From positions 31,808,001-31,872,000 of the forward strand of contig NC_058368.1 in NCBI RefSeq assembly GCF_018350175.1: a stretch of 64,000 nt of DNA. Reading direction: 5' to 3'. Below the pieces are notes generated by a model, which ran no database searches, was not told the origin of the DNA, and was given only the letters and a program-made list of their open reading frames with translations. Below, piece after piece: positions 63,871-64,000 of the stretch. This DNA comes from Felis catus (taxonomy: Eukaryota). How positions within the stretch are numbered: the first letter of the stretch is position 1; every line of letters begins with the position of its first letter. Position numbers and translations under genes: made by a program.

Positions 63871-64000
63871 CCATATAACTAAAAATTCCATTATTTTTAT
63901 ACTCCAACCAATGTCCATACAAATCTGCAAACTCACTATATACGCATTTATATAGGTGTGTGTATTTCCCCTCGCCTCCCCACACCTGATGCTCTATTCT

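Noticed and set aside
1..64000. Novel multi-gene system (CRISPR, retron, defence island, endogenous viral genes)
   Set aside because: Mammalian repeat-rich DNA; the only RT is L1 ORF2; no repeat-spacer arrays, operons or viral coding sequence seen

Overview
AT-rich mammalian genomic DNA, almost certainly from a felid. The evidence for this is about 25 tRNA-derived CAN-SINE/SINEC_Fc copies, a feline-type L1 and a Tigger MITE of a type I associate with felids. The window reads as intronic or intergenic and is dominated by transposable elements. The main feature is a full-length, TSD-bounded L1 (38354-44576, +). It has a CpG-rich 5'UTR with a YY1 site, an open ORF1, and an ORF2 disabled by frameshifts, a stop codon and a nested young SINE. 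Other notable items: an older L1 with a twin-priming 5' inversion that later received a SINE and a solo ERV LTR; a 33-nt tailless U2 snRNA retrocopy with a 17-bp TSD; a 98-bp 5'-truncated young L1; a possible short 3' transduction; an AT-rich nested palindrome; a degenerate TTAGGG tract; a filler-DNA repair scar; and one or two candidate small exons of an unidentified + strand host gene. I see no convincing evidence of a previously undescribed biological system; the unusual structures fit known retrotransposition and DNA-repair mechanisms. Subfamily names of old repeats are from recall of consensus motifs, and their boundaries are approximate.
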